64,000 nucleotides of DNA from Geopsychrobacteraceae bacterium (GCA_963662315.1 OY759353.1:4352001-4416000), one strand, 5' to 3'; numbered from the stretch's first letter, positions 30,819 through 40,695 are shown. Notes: a model not told the origin generated them from the sequence alone. Numbers and translations: made by a program.

Positions 30819-31136
30819 GTGCAACTTACAACATCAGAGGAACAAGATCTCAGAACTGTCCTGATTTTTATATTTGGGTCTAAAGCAGAAAAATGGAACA
30901 TGAATGAAAAGGTACTCAAATTAACTGCCGAACTCTTACAGCAAGCAAACACATGCTCAGAGGCAATGAACTACGTTCCTCGCCCCACGGCTGTACCTGA
31001 TTTAAAGTACTTTAGACGACAACTAAGAGACATGGCGCGCAGGGCAAGAAACCATGATAAAATCTACGCAATTTGCAAATCAGCTCTCGACTATACTCGG
31101 GTTAGGGATTTCCAAATTGCCAGTCAGGGCTTATAA
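30819..31136 (+). CDS. Hypothetical protein (cassette 3, gene 2)
   Basis: AGGAGG RBS before GTG, 21 bp after the previous stop. Confidence 0.7.
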   Translation: MQLTTSEEQDLRTVLIFIFGSKAEKWNMNEKVLKLTAELLQQANTCSEAMNYVPRPTAVPDLKYFRRQLRDMARRARNHDKIYAICKSALDYTRVRDFQIASQGL

Positions 31137-31147
31137 ATCTCAGAATT

Positions 31148-31199
31148 ATTTGGGTATCCGGGAATTTTGCTCCCCCAGTCCCCACACCACCCAGCGTGC
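31148..31199 (-). mobile_element. Degenerate 3' end (half of domain V plus domain VI) of a group II intron
   Basis: Minus strand GCACGCTGGGTGGTGTGGGGACTGGGGGAGCAAAATTCCCGGATACCCAAAT resembles the IIC terminus ...GGTGGTGTGGG...TACCCGAT; lies just after a cassette gene stop. Confidence 0.65.
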
Positions 31200-32145
31200 A
31201 GGGCGCAACCCCGAGACCTTGCTTGTTATATTTAAGTCATAAAAGACAACACCGGCGGGTCCCGGCCCGGCAGCCGGATTCATTTTTTCCAAGCGATGAA
31301 AAAACGAATCAAAAAAATCTTTTAAAGTAAAACACACTGACGAGAATAGATTCGGTCAACGTCTAATCGTTGCTACCCGTAGTTAACTGACCGCCCAACG
31401 ATGCTGCCGCATCCATGGGCAGAATCGAATTTAAGTGGACACATCAAAATGCCAGCGGCATTTTTGTGGTTCTGGCCATCAGGCGCGCATTGCGCCGTCG
31501 GCCGGCTGGTTAGATGCTGGATGTTCCTTTGGAGAGACGAAGCCCGAGTACGGACCCTTTAAAGAAGGGCGTTTTGTGCTTACTATTTGTCGCCCGCCTG
31601 GGACAAATAGCAAGGCGTCGTGCGGGGCGCAACCCCGCGACTTTGCTTGTTTTATTTCAATCATAAAAGACAACACCGGCGGGTCCCGGCCCGCCAGCCG
31701 GCTTCATTTTTCCCAACGATGGAAAAACGAAGCAAAAAGATCTTTGAAGGTCAAACACACTGACGATAGCTGTATTGGGCTAGGGTCAAAAGATTTCCAG
31801 GTGCAATTAACCGGCAGCCCACGCTGCTGTCGCAGCTAATGGGCAAGGACGTTAGTTGGTGAGGAATGCCATGGGATTATCGGTATTCGTTTTTAAATCC
31901 ATTATCCATCAATAATGCGGTTCTGACCATCAGGCGCGTATTGCGCCGTCGGCCGGCTGGTCAGGTGCTGGATGTTCCTTTGGAGAGACGAAGCCAGAGT
32001 ACGGACCCTTTAAAGAAGGGCGTTTTGTGCTTACTATTTGTCGCCCGCCTGGGACAAAAGTAAGGCGTCGTGCGGGGCGCAACCCCGTGCCCTTGCTTTT
32101 GGGTTTACTATTCAGAGCAATCCCGGCCCGCTAGCTGGCTTCATT
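31195..32145. repeat. Tandem structured long repeats: tail, units 2 and 3, truncated start of another unit
   Basis: CGGGTCCCGG at 31256 and 31680 (424 bp apart), TCCCGGCCCG again at 32121; shared hairpin arms with unit 1. Confidence 0.9.
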
Positions 32146-32262
32146 GGTGGGTCATTCCACCTTTCGGAAAGCAATAAAGTTGTAGCTGTTGGCCTGTTTG
32201 CAATATCGTTCATAGGCATAATTTTCTTTTTTGTAAAAAGCAAGAATGAAAAACACACATAA
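32146..32262 (+). pseudogene. 3' remnant of a membrane-protein cassette gene
   Basis: GGSFHLSESNKVVAVGLFAISFIGIIFFFVKSKNEKHT*, fused to repeat sequence upstream; stop lies within ACATAAC followed by AATC and an apparently deleted attC. Confidence 0.5.
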
Positions 32263-32302
32263 CAATCTAGGTAATTACATTCTTGAAAGGAAAATCTAAC
32301 CG

Positions 32303-32638
32303 ATGGCTTCAGATGAAGATTTCGTGAAATTTATCTCCGAGCAAATACAAAGTGCTGGAGACATACGGTACCGGAAAATGTTTGGAGAATATGCTGTTTA
32401 TTGCAATGAGAAGGTTGTCGCTTTGATTTGTGACAACCAGTTATTTGTTAAGCCCAGCAATGCTGGCCGAACATTTATTGGCAACATTACAGAAGCACCT
32501 CCTTATGAAGGAGCAAAACCTGCTTTTTTAATAGAAGATCAACTGGATGACAAAGAGTGGTTAAGTGAATTGATTAGGTTGACCGAGAAGGAGTTACCAA
32601 AACCTAAACCGAAAAAAAATAAGAAAGCTGCAAGTTAA
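32303..32638 (+). CDS. TfoX/Sxy N-terminal domain protein
   Basis: RKMFGEYAVY....VALICDNQLFVK motif; AAGGA RBS. Confidence 0.85.
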   Translation: MASDEDFVKFISEQIQSAGDIRYRKMFGEYAVYCNEKVVALICDNQLFVKPSNAGRTFIGNITEAPPYEGAKPAFLIEDQLDDKEWLSELIRLTEKELPKPKPKKNKKAAS

Positions 32639-32874
32639 AGGACATATTCATGAAATCAAGCTGACGGTTGACAGGTCAGCTGGTTTCGTACCGTTTTGTA
32701 CCAATTTTAAAAGGCTCTACGCCGCGGCTTATCAACACCATTGAGGCAGGAGGAAAAGCTCGGAGATTTCGAAATATCTCGATTTTCTGGGTTACAAAAC
32801 CGTCAACAGAGCCCAGACAAACGAACTCCTTCCCCTTGCTGTTCAGGGAAGAAGAAGGAGTTCGTAGGGAAAAG

Positions 32875-34455
32875 TTAAATAATATTCCCTTCCGAGTCGA
32901 TTTTCTTACCTACGAAACCGACAAGCAGAATGATGACGACGGCACCCGCGATCAGACTGATCCAACTGGGAATGCCCAGACCGGCGGGGAGGGTTCCCAG
33001 GAGTATGGCGATTCCCGCAGCAGTCAGGGCGTAGGGGGCCTGGGTTCTTACGTGGTCGATATGGTCCGAGCCGGAGGCAGATGAGGAGAGAATGGTCGTG
33101 TCGGAGATAGGTGAACAATGGTCCCCGAAAACGGCCCCTGTGAGCACGCTGCCGATACAGGCCAGAATCAGGGGCGTCACCGTCCCCGAAGCGGACGAAA
33201 CATTCGCGGCCACGGGAATGACAATGGGCATGAGAATGGAGTTTGTACCCCAGGATGTTCCCGTGGAAAAGGCCACAAACATGGCCGTGATAAATACCAG
33301 GGTCGGCAGGAGGATGGTGGCGAGCCCCCCTTCAGAGAAGTGAATGACCGTCACCAGCCACTTCGCCAGCTGCATCTCGGAAATGACCGCCTTCAGGGCA
33401 AAGGCCAGAGCCAGGACGGTAACCGCCGTCATCATCGTTTTGGCACCGCCCATCCAGGCGTCGACGGCAGTGTAAATGTTAAATCTTTTACGCATCATCC
33501 CCTGGATTCCGGCGGCCATGGAACTGATAAAGGCAGCCCAGGTAAGGACCACTGACGCGTCCGCTTTGCCTATGGCGTCCCTGAAGGAAAGGCCCTCTTC
33601 GTAGCCGTTGTACCAGAGTCCCCAAATGGTAATGATGATAAATAGGCCGATGGGGATGATCACATCCAGAAGGGATACTTTGGTCCCTTCCTCGGGCAAA
33701 AGATTTTTATCTTCGATGATCATGGGATTGGAACCTGCGCGGTAAACCTGCCCGGTTTTCCGAGCACGGATTTCCGCCTTGAGCATGGTTCCGTAGTCCC
33801 TTTTTCTGATAATCAGGGTAAATAGAAGGACCAGAGAAAAGAGAGAGTAGAAGCGAAAGGGGATGGTCTGAAAGAAGACAAGCATGGAGTTCCCCTTTAT
33901 CTCTAGCGCTTGAAGCCCGGAGGCGATGAGGCCCAGCTCCATGGCAATCCAGGTGGATACGGGCGCCATGGAAGAGACGGGAGCCGCAGAGGAGTCGACG
34001 ATGTAGGAGAGTTTCTCCCGGGAAATCTTCTGCTTGTCCGTAATGGGGCGCATGGTGTTGCCCACGATGATGGAGTTGGCGTAATCGTCAAAGAAAATGG
34101 CTACCCCCATAAGGGCCGCCGCCAGCTGGGTGGAGCGAACATCCTTGGCTTTTGCGGCAATTGTCTCGGCAATGGCCTGAGTGCCGCCCATTTTACTGAT
34201 CAGTCCGATCATGCCTCCCACCGCCAGAAGGAACACGATGATGCCGATGTTCCACGCATCGGCCAGTGATTTGCCCACGATGTAATGAGAGAACGTTTCG
34301 AGAAGTCCTTTCAGGGGATTCCAGTGATTGATTATGGTGGCGCCTCCCCAGATTCCCGCGAGAAGGGAGATGATCACCTGTTTTGTCCACATGGCAAAAA
34401 AAATGGCGATAAGGGGTGGGAGAATGGCCAGTGCCCCGAAGGTAAGATCTTCCAT
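32875..34455 (-). CDS. NhaC-family antiporter / putative amino-acid transporter
   Basis: IFFDDYANSIIVG, SREKLSYIVDS, TGTSWGT, GAVFGDHCSPISDTTILSS, HVRTQAPYA. Confidence 0.9.
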   Translation of the reverse strand: MEDLTFGALAILPPLIAIFFAMWTKQVIISLLAGIWGGATIINHWNPLKGLLETFSHYIVGKSLADAWNIGIIVFLLAVGGMIGLISKMGGTQAIAETIAAKAKDVRSTQLAAALMGVAIFFDDYANSIIVGNTMRPITDKQKISREKLSYIVDSSAAPVSSMAPVSTWIAMELGLIASGLQALEIKGNSMLVFFQTIPFRFYSLFSLVLLFTLIIRKRDYGTMLKAEIRARKTGQVYRAGSNPMIIEDKNLLPEEGTKVSLLDVIIPIGLFIIITIWGLWYNGYEEGLSFRDAIGKADASVVLTWAAFISSMAAGIQGMMRKRFNIYTAVDAWMGGAKTMMTAVTVLALAFALKAVISEMQLAKWLVTVIHFSEGGLATILLPTLVFITAMFVAFSTGTSWGTNSILMPIVIPVAANVSSASGTVTPLILACIGSVLTGAVFGDHCSPISDTTILSSSASGSDHIDHVRTQAPYALTAAGIAILLGTLPAGLGIPSWISLIAGAVVIILLVGFVGKKIDSEGNII

Positions 34456-34782
34456 TTTGCATTTACTCCTGAATTAGTAAAATTTTAAAAGGGGTGGATT
34501 CTACACGCCATATTCTGAGGGTTCAAGAGTTTTGCCTGCTAATGGGAGTGGTTTAATAAAACTGTCATCTATTGCTAGGTAGTTGCCATGCAGGGGAGGA
34601 AAATATGATAAAAAAGTGGGCAATGGGCTTAAATTCTGTTTATATAAAAAAGGAAGCAGTAACGACGACGAGCATTAATTACTGACACCAATAGATATTC
34701 AACGCATGACAATGCCCTGTGGAATATATTGAGAGAAGTTTTCTCACCTTTCTCGTCACACAACCTTTCTGAGCAGTAAAAT

Positions 34783-35622
34783 ATGAACAAAATCCTAACA
34801 TTGGGTCCTCAAGGGACATTTTCTGATGCCGCAACCTCGAAGTATATCGATACCCTGGAAGGGGCATGGCAGGTGGTGTATTTCCCCTCAATAGGCAGCG
34901 CATTAAAGGCCATTGGAGAAACATGTGAGGTTGGCGTTCTGCCAATCGAAAACTTTTCAGAAGGGTTTATCCCTTTAGTGCTTGATCACCTGGCTCGTGC
35001 TGAATTGACAATCATTGGTGAGATTATGCTGTCGGTTCATTTCTGCCTTGTCAGCATGACGAGCGAACTGGCACAGATCAATCAGTTGTTTGTCCAATTT
35101 GTTGCAAAAGGCCAATGTCGTGAGTTTATTGACTCTTTAGGAAAGATCGAAATTGTTACAACTGAGAGCAATATAGAATCATTAGCTTTGGCCCGAAAAG
35201 GGGGGATGGGTGCTGCTATCGTACCTGTTGGTTCTTTTGGCGTCGGTGAATTTCCGTTAGTGGTAAAAAACGTCAATGATTATAAGCAAAACCAGACGCG
35301 ATTTCTCGCATTATCGAACAGCACGAGAACATCAGCGCCGGTTGCGGGCGAGGAATACAAAACCAGTATTGTGGTCCTGGAGAATACAGACCGTCCCGGT
35401 TTACTGAGTGAGATATTGAACTCATTTTCCAGGAGGGCAATCAACCTGACCTCAATCATCTCCCGGCCAACCTGCAGGGAATTTGGGACATACCATTTTT
35501 TCATTGATTTTGATGGACGCGTTCAAGCCCCAAATATTTCCGCTGCCCTTAAAGACATTCAAGCGATCAATAAGGTGAAGTTTCTTGGGTCTTATCCAAA
35601 AGGGAAACTTGTATCCCCTTGA
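34783..35622 (+). CDS. pheA: Monofunctional prephenate dehydratase with ACT domain
   Basis: LGPQGTFS, LPIEN, NQTRF, DRPGLL..IL..F....INLTSIISRP, YHFFID, LGSYP. Confidence 0.85.
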   Translation: MNKILTLGPQGTFSDAATSKYIDTLEGAWQVVYFPSIGSALKAIGETCEVGVLPIENFSEGFIPLVLDHLARAELTIIGEIMLSVHFCLVSMTSELAQINQLFVQFVAKGQCREFIDSLGKIEIVTTESNIESLALARKGGMGAAIVPVGSFGVGEFPLVVKNVNDYKQNQTRFLALSNSTRTSAPVAGEEYKTSIVVLENTDRPGLLSEILNSFSRRAINLTSIISRPTCREFGTYHFFIDFDGRVQAPNISAALKDIQAINKVKFLGSYPKGKLVSP

Positions 35623-35863
35623 TCAGATGTTGCAGCGTCAATTGGGTGATGACGCTATTCACATTATTATTAAATGCAAAGTTAATATCCTGTATTGAAC
35701 TGAATAACACCAGAATGTTGTTACACCCCGTCGCAAAAACGATCTTGGCGAGATCGGCCCAGGTGTTTTGTTCGGACATGGTTCGGCGACCGGAGGCTTT
35801 GATCAGAAAATTGTGTTCCGCCAGTTTATCGTTATTGTAAAAATATTTTCCCAGGATTGCACA

Positions 35864-36490
35864 ATGAACCACGTTGATGAAAAAGTAACTAAAACAATAT
35901 CTTCGCTGTCTAGAAATAGAATTAAAGCACGGTATTTTCCTTCTCAAGAAACGCTGCTTACCTGCATAAAAGAGCGTTTGACGTCAGAAATGACGGTTGG
36001 TGTCGGAGATTCCAAAACATTAGAAGATTTGGGTGTTTATTCTTTGTTGCGCCAGAGTGAGGTTAATTTTCTAGATAAGTACGCAGACAATATCTCCCGG
36101 GAGAAAAAGAGGGACCTCTATATAAAAAACTTTGCGGCAGACCTCTTTTTCTCTGGAATAAACGCATTATCGACCGATGGGAAGATTTATAATCTGGATG
36201 GCAACGGAAGCCGAGTTGCTCCAATTATTTATGGGCCATCAAAAGTTTTTCTGATTTGCGGAACCAATAAAATCGTTACCTCAGAAGACGAGGCCTTTAA
36301 TCGGGTCAGGAATATTGCTGCCCCAATTGATGCGAAAAGATTGGGGAAAAGAACACCTTGCGTACGGAGCGGCAAGTGCATGGACTGCAAAGCAGAAGAT
36401 AGGATCTGCAATTATTTCACAATTATTCAAGGACAGTTTGATTCTGAGCGAATTACGGTCTTTATTGTTGACGGTGATTATGGTTTTTAA
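35864..36490 (+). CDS. LUD-domain (lactate utilization-like) protein
   Basis: NALSTDGKIYNLDGNGSRVA...GP, GTNKIV, TPC..SGKCMDC....RIC; start at MNHVDEK. Confidence 0.8.
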   Translation: MNHVDEKVTKTISSLSRNRIKARYFPSQETLLTCIKERLTSEMTVGVGDSKTLEDLGVYSLLRQSEVNFLDKYADNISREKKRDLYIKNFAADLFFSGINALSTDGKIYNLDGNGSRVAPIIYGPSKVFLICGTNKIVTSEDEAFNRVRNIAAPIDAKRLGKRTPCVRSGKCMDCKAEDRICNYFTIIQGQFDSERITVFIVDGDYGF

Positions 36491-36696
36491 TCCTTAACCG
36501 TCGGCTGCACAGTTAGCGGATGCATGACTGGCTATGAAGGTGTCGGTACTCTCGGCCCAACTCATCAGACAATCAGTTATCAAAAACTGCCTGATGGCAG
36601 AGAAGCATGGAAATATTAGATTTAATTTGACGCCACTATGATCTTAAAGTACTTCTAGTTCGAACAGAATAATTATGCTTTGACGACAAAGGTGCT

Positions 36697-39600
36697 TTGA
36701 TGCAGAGATTCCAGCGGCAGTTCAAGGTTTATTCTCTCAATAAAGTCATCGGAAAGCTCCTCGGATTGATTTCCGTTTTGCCATCCGTTCTATCCCTTTT
36801 CTGTGTAACTTTCGGCCTGATTTTATGTCTTTCCCTTCCGCCTGCCGAAGCCTCGCCCCCTTCTTTGCCTGTTATTCAATCCGCAGCAGAATATGGTTAT
36901 CCCCCACTGTCCATTGTGTCTGAAAACGGTGAGGCCAGTGGCTTTGCGGTCGAACTTTTACGTGCGTCCCTTCGGGCCATGGGGTATGACGTCAAATTCA
37001 ATGTTGGTTCCTGGCCGGAAGTGAAGCAGTCGCTGGTTGATAAAAAAATCCAGGTTTTACCGCTGGTGGGAAGAACTCCTGAGCGAGAAGGTGTTTTTGA
37101 TTTCACCTTCCCTTATTTGAATATGCACGGCACGATCGTTGTCCGGGAGAATGAACAGGGGATTTCAAAGCTCGAAGATTTAGCCGGTCGCTCGGTTGCG
37201 GTTCTGAGAGAGGATAGTACTGAGGATTTTCTGCGCCGCAGTCAGCCTGAGGCTAACATTGTCACAACAGAATCTTTTGAAAACGCGTTGCGTGGACTTG
37301 CCGCCGGACAATATGACGCAGTCGTGATCCAAAAGCTGCTGGCGACGCAGATCATCAGCAAGCTAGGTATTAAAAGCCTGCGTTTTGCTGGCCCGCCTTT
37401 GAAGGATTTTGTTCAATCCTTTTGTTTTGCTGTCCCTAAGGGAGCGTCCGATCTCCTTTCTGTTCTGAACGAAGGCCTGTCAATTGTGATTGCCGACGGG
37501 ACTTCTCAGCGCTTACGGCAAAAATGGTTTGCCTCCATCGAGAATAATGTCAAGAGCCGATTGATCATTGGTGGTGACAATGACTATCCACCATACGAAT
37601 ACCTGGATGAGAACGGCCAACCGGCCGGCTTTAATGTCGACTTGACGCGGGCAATTGCCCAAAAGCTGAATCTGGATGTGCAGATCAGACTCGACAGCTG
37701 GGGCAAAATCAGAAAAAGTTTGTCTGACGGGGATATTGATCTTGTTCAGGGGATGTTTTATTCCCTTGAACGAGAAAAAGTTTTTGATTTCTCACCGGCT
37801 TATTCGATTGTTGGCCACTCTATCGTCACGCGCAAGGGTGAACCCAAACTTAAAACTCTTCAGGATCTGAAGGGGAAAGCCATTTTGGTCATGGATGGCG
37901 ATATCATGCACGATATTGCCGTTGGATTCGGTTACGGCAAACAACTGATAACGGTGAAATCCCAGGAAGAGGCCTTGCAACGCCTGGCGGATGGAGAGGC
38001 GGATTGTGTTCTTGTTGCACGCATTCCCGCGATGTATTGGATCAGGAAAAATGGCTGGAGCAATCTTGCCGTTGGCCAGGAAGTGGTCCATGCCCCGGAA
38101 TACTGTTATGCTGTACTGCATGGTAATGAGGCGATACTGGCAAGGTTTTCCGAAACGTTAGCGGCCTTAAAAGCTTCCGGCGAGTATCGGAAGATCTATT
38201 CCAAATGGTTTGGAATCTATGAAGAAGCAGGCCTGACGCCGACAGAAATCCTCAAATATTCATCTTTTGTTGTCGGTCCGGTGCTCATGATCCTGATCGG
38301 GATTTTTTTCTGGAACCGTTCGCTCAAAAGACAAGTCAGGAAAAAAACCAGAGAGCTGATCGCTGAAATTAAAGAACGCAAACAGGCGGAGGAAGGTGCG
38401 GCGCTCATGACCTTCGCCATCAATCATATTAATGATGAAGTGTATCTGCTGGACGAGACAGGGCGGATAAAATACGCCAATGATGAATCCTGTCAAGCAC
38501 TGGGCTATTCACGAGATGAATTAATCGGAATGACGGTGACTGATGTCGGTGCTGATTTTCCCATCGAACAATGGGATGAACACTGGCAGCTGCTGCAGGA
38601 GCAAGGTGTTATCAACGAAGAAACCTTTCATAGGCGCAAAGACGGGACAATCTTCCCGGTAGCCGTCACAGCGAATTACTTCAAATACAGTGGGCGCAGT
38701 TATAATCTGGCCTTAGTCCGTGATATTACTGAACAAAAACATAAAGAAAAGGAACGTCTCAATTTCGAAAAACAGATGGTACAAACCCAAAAGCTTGAGA
38801 GCCTTGGGGTTCTGGCGGGCGGGATAGCACATGATTTCAATAATCTTCTTGCGGCGATAATGGGACATTCTGAGCTGTCAAAAAGACGTCTGCCACCCGG
38901 TTCCGCAGCCTTTGAGAATCTCAAACAAATTGAAAATGCGGCAGAGCGGGCGGCCGATTTGGCGAAGCAAATGCTGGCTTACTCGGGAAAAGGCAAGTTT
39001 GTTGTCGAGTCGATTAATCTGAACCACCTGCTTGAAGAAATGTTGCACATGTTGAAGGTGACCATTTCCAAGAAAGCCGTTCTGCGCCTTAGCCCCTCTG
39101 TTCCGTTGCCGACCATCGAGGGGGACTCAACGCAAATTCGGCAAATCATCATGAATCTGGTCATCAATGCATCAGAAGCCATCGGCGATAGAAGTGGTAC
39201 TATTTCGATTTTAACCGGATGCATGAACTGTGATGAGAGCTATCTGAAGGATCTTTGGCTGGATGAAGATTTAACCGAAGGTTATTACGTTTACCTCGAG
39301 GTTGCTGACACCGGATGTGGTATGGACAAAAAGACCATGAGCAAACTTTTTGATCCATTTTTTACGACGAAATTTACCGGACGAGGACTTGGTATGTCGG
39401 CTGTCATGGGCATCGTTCGGGGGCATAAAGGGGCGATAAAAGTTTACAGCGAGGTGGGCAAAGGGACCACGTTCAAGATCTTGCTCCCCGCATCTGAAAA
39501 AACAGCTGAGGCAATGAGTCCCGTACCTGAAGATGATGGCTGGGTTGGTTCGGGAAAAGTTTTGCTGGTGGATGATGAAGAGACCGTGCTCGGTGTTGGC

Positions 39601-39906
39601 CTTGAGATGTTAAAAGAGCTGGGTTTTTCCCCTGTAACAGCCAGCGATGGCCGGGAAGCACTCAGGGTCTTTGAAGGGAATCCGGATATTGCTCTTGTGT
39701 TGCTTGATTTGACTATGCCGAAAATGGATGGTGAACAATGCTATCGGGAGCTGAAAAGGCTGGATCCAAATGTTAAAGTGATCATGTCCAGCGGCTATAA
39801 TGAGTATGAAGTATCGCAAAGATTCCTGGGGAAGGGGATCGCGGGCTTCATCCAAAAACCTTATAAACTGTCTGAGTTGATGGGAGCCATAAGACAAATT
39901 TCTTGA
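36697..39906 (+). CDS. Hybrid sensor histidine kinase (2x family-3 substrate-binding domains, PAS, HisKA, HATPase, receiver)
   Basis: Two YPP..../GF.V.L binding domains, TM, PAS, AGGIAHDFNN, DTGCG, FTTKFTGRGLG, LLVDDE/LLDLTMP/KPY. Start uncertain. Confidence 0.92.
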   Translation: MMQRFQRQFKVYSLNKVIGKLLGLISVLPSVLSLFCVTFGLILCLSLPPAEASPPSLPVIQSAAEYGYPPLSIVSENGEASGFAVELLRASLRAMGYDVKFNVGSWPEVKQSLVDKKIQVLPLVGRTPEREGVFDFTFPYLNMHGTIVVRENEQGISKLEDLAGRSVAVLREDSTEDFLRRSQPEANIVTTESFENALRGLAAGQYDAVVIQKLLATQIISKLGIKSLRFAGPPLKDFVQSFCFAVPKGASDLLSVLNEGLSIVIADGTSQRLRQKWFASIENNVKSRLIIGGDNDYPPYEYLDENGQPAGFNVDLTRAIAQKLNLDVQIRLDSWGKIRKSLSDGDIDLVQGMFYSLEREKVFDFSPAYSIVGHSIVTRKGEPKLKTLQDLKGKAILVMDGDIMHDIAVGFGYGKQLITVKSQEEALQRLADGEADCVLVARIPAMYWIRKNGWSNLAVGQEVVHAPEYCYAVLHGNEAILARFSETLAALKASGEYRKIYSKWFGIYEEAGLTPTEILKYSSFVVGPVLMILIGIFFWNRSLKRQVRKKTRELIAEIKERKQAEEGAALMTFAINHINDEVYLLDETGRIKYANDESCQALGYSRDELIGMTVTDVGADFPIEQWDEHWQLLQEQGVINEETFHRRKDGTIFPVAVTANYFKYSGRSYNLALVRDITEQKHKEKERLNFEKQMVQTQKLESLGVLAGGIAHDFNNLLAAIMGHSELSKRRLPPGSAAFENLKQIENAAERAADLAKQMLAYSGKGKFVVESINLNHLLEEMLHMLKVTISKKAVLRLSPSVPLPTIEGDSTQIRQIIMNLVINASEAIGDRSGTISILTGCMNCDESYLKDLWLDEDLTEGYYVYLEVADTGCGMDKKTMSKLFDPFFTTKFTGRGLGMSAVMGIVRGHKGAIKVYSEVGKGTTFKILLPASEKTAEAMSPVPEDDGWVGSGKVLLVDDEETVLGVGLEMLKELGFSPVTASDGREALRVFEGNPDIALVLLDLTMPKMDGEQCYRELKRLDPNVKVIMSSGYNEYEVSQRFLGKGIAGFIQKPYKLSELMGAIRQIS

Positions 39907-40269
39907 TGGGGCTGAAAAATACCTTAGAACTGCCAGCTGCCTACCAGCGGTGGATGAACGCGAAAGTTTCTGCGGCTGCGGTTTCTTTCAGATTAAACCT
40001 AGGCTGTTGTCGGAGAACATCGCCACCGGTCAGCACATGTTTTTAAACAAATAAAGAGATCTCTTCACAAGGGCAGACAATTTCTTTCTTTGTCTAAACT
40101 CATAAGGGGAAACTGGCGATAATATCTATAGCCCTTTTGATTTTGAGTGCGGGTGTGCCTTGTGGGCCGTAACGACATTTACCTTGGTCCACAGTCGCAG
40201 TTCGCCTGACCTTGACTGGGAAAAGACCTCATAGTTGAAAAGAACGACAGCAAAGGAGGACATGTCCGA

Positions 40270-40695
40270 ATGACTCAAATAATATCCGGAGTAAATCCTG
40301 CCACTGCAGGTTTTAACGCAACACAAAGGACCAAGTCCTACGACATTCATAACATGAGCCCCAATGAGATGGATAAACTGACATTGGACATGTTCAATCG
40401 AGGGGAAATATCCCTGAAAGAGAGACTGCCTTTCGCTCCTTTGGATACAAAGCGCCTGAGTCAGATTTCAGGGCAAGACGTTAGCATAAAATACTATTCG
40501 CGTGTTTGGGATGATCCGGACAGAAAACGGGATATGGTCCTTGAATTTAACAGTATCCTGAAGGAACAGGTTAGTGATAATGATAATCAGCAGAATATCA
40601 ATGTCACCCAAGGTGCGTTATCCTTACTGAAGCAAATGGAACAAAGACTGTCCTTTGACGCTGTGTTGAAAAGCACTGTAAAGCAGAAGGCATAA
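40270..40695 (+). CDS. Hypothetical protein
   Basis: 141 aa ORF with GGAGG RBS. Confidence 0.7.
   Translation: MTQIISGVNPATAGFNATQRTKSYDIHNMSPNEMDKLTLDMFNRGEISLKERLPFAPLDTKRLSQISGQDVSIKYYSRVWDDPDRKRDMVLEFNSILKEQVSDNDNQQNINVTQGALSLLKQMEQRLSFDAVLKSTVKQKA

Noticed and set aside
29370..32063. Short ORFs inside the repeats and intron remnant (e.g. 29370-29570, 29467-29727, 31435-31839, 31479-31676)
   Set aside because: No clear RBS or recognisable motifs; most frames break between copies, and substitutions follow hairpin pairing rather than codon position.
29107..32145. CRISPR array
   Set aside because: Units are over 400 bp, there is no short repeat/unique spacer pattern, and no cas genes are in the window.
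34456..34782. Riboswitch or T-box upstream of the NhaC-family gene
   Set aside because: No lysine riboswitch or T-box consensus could be recognised by eye.
35567..35947. 126 aa minus-strand ORF between pheA and the LUD gene
   Set aside because: Overlaps both neighbours and has no recognisable family; may be a gene fragment but cannot be supported.
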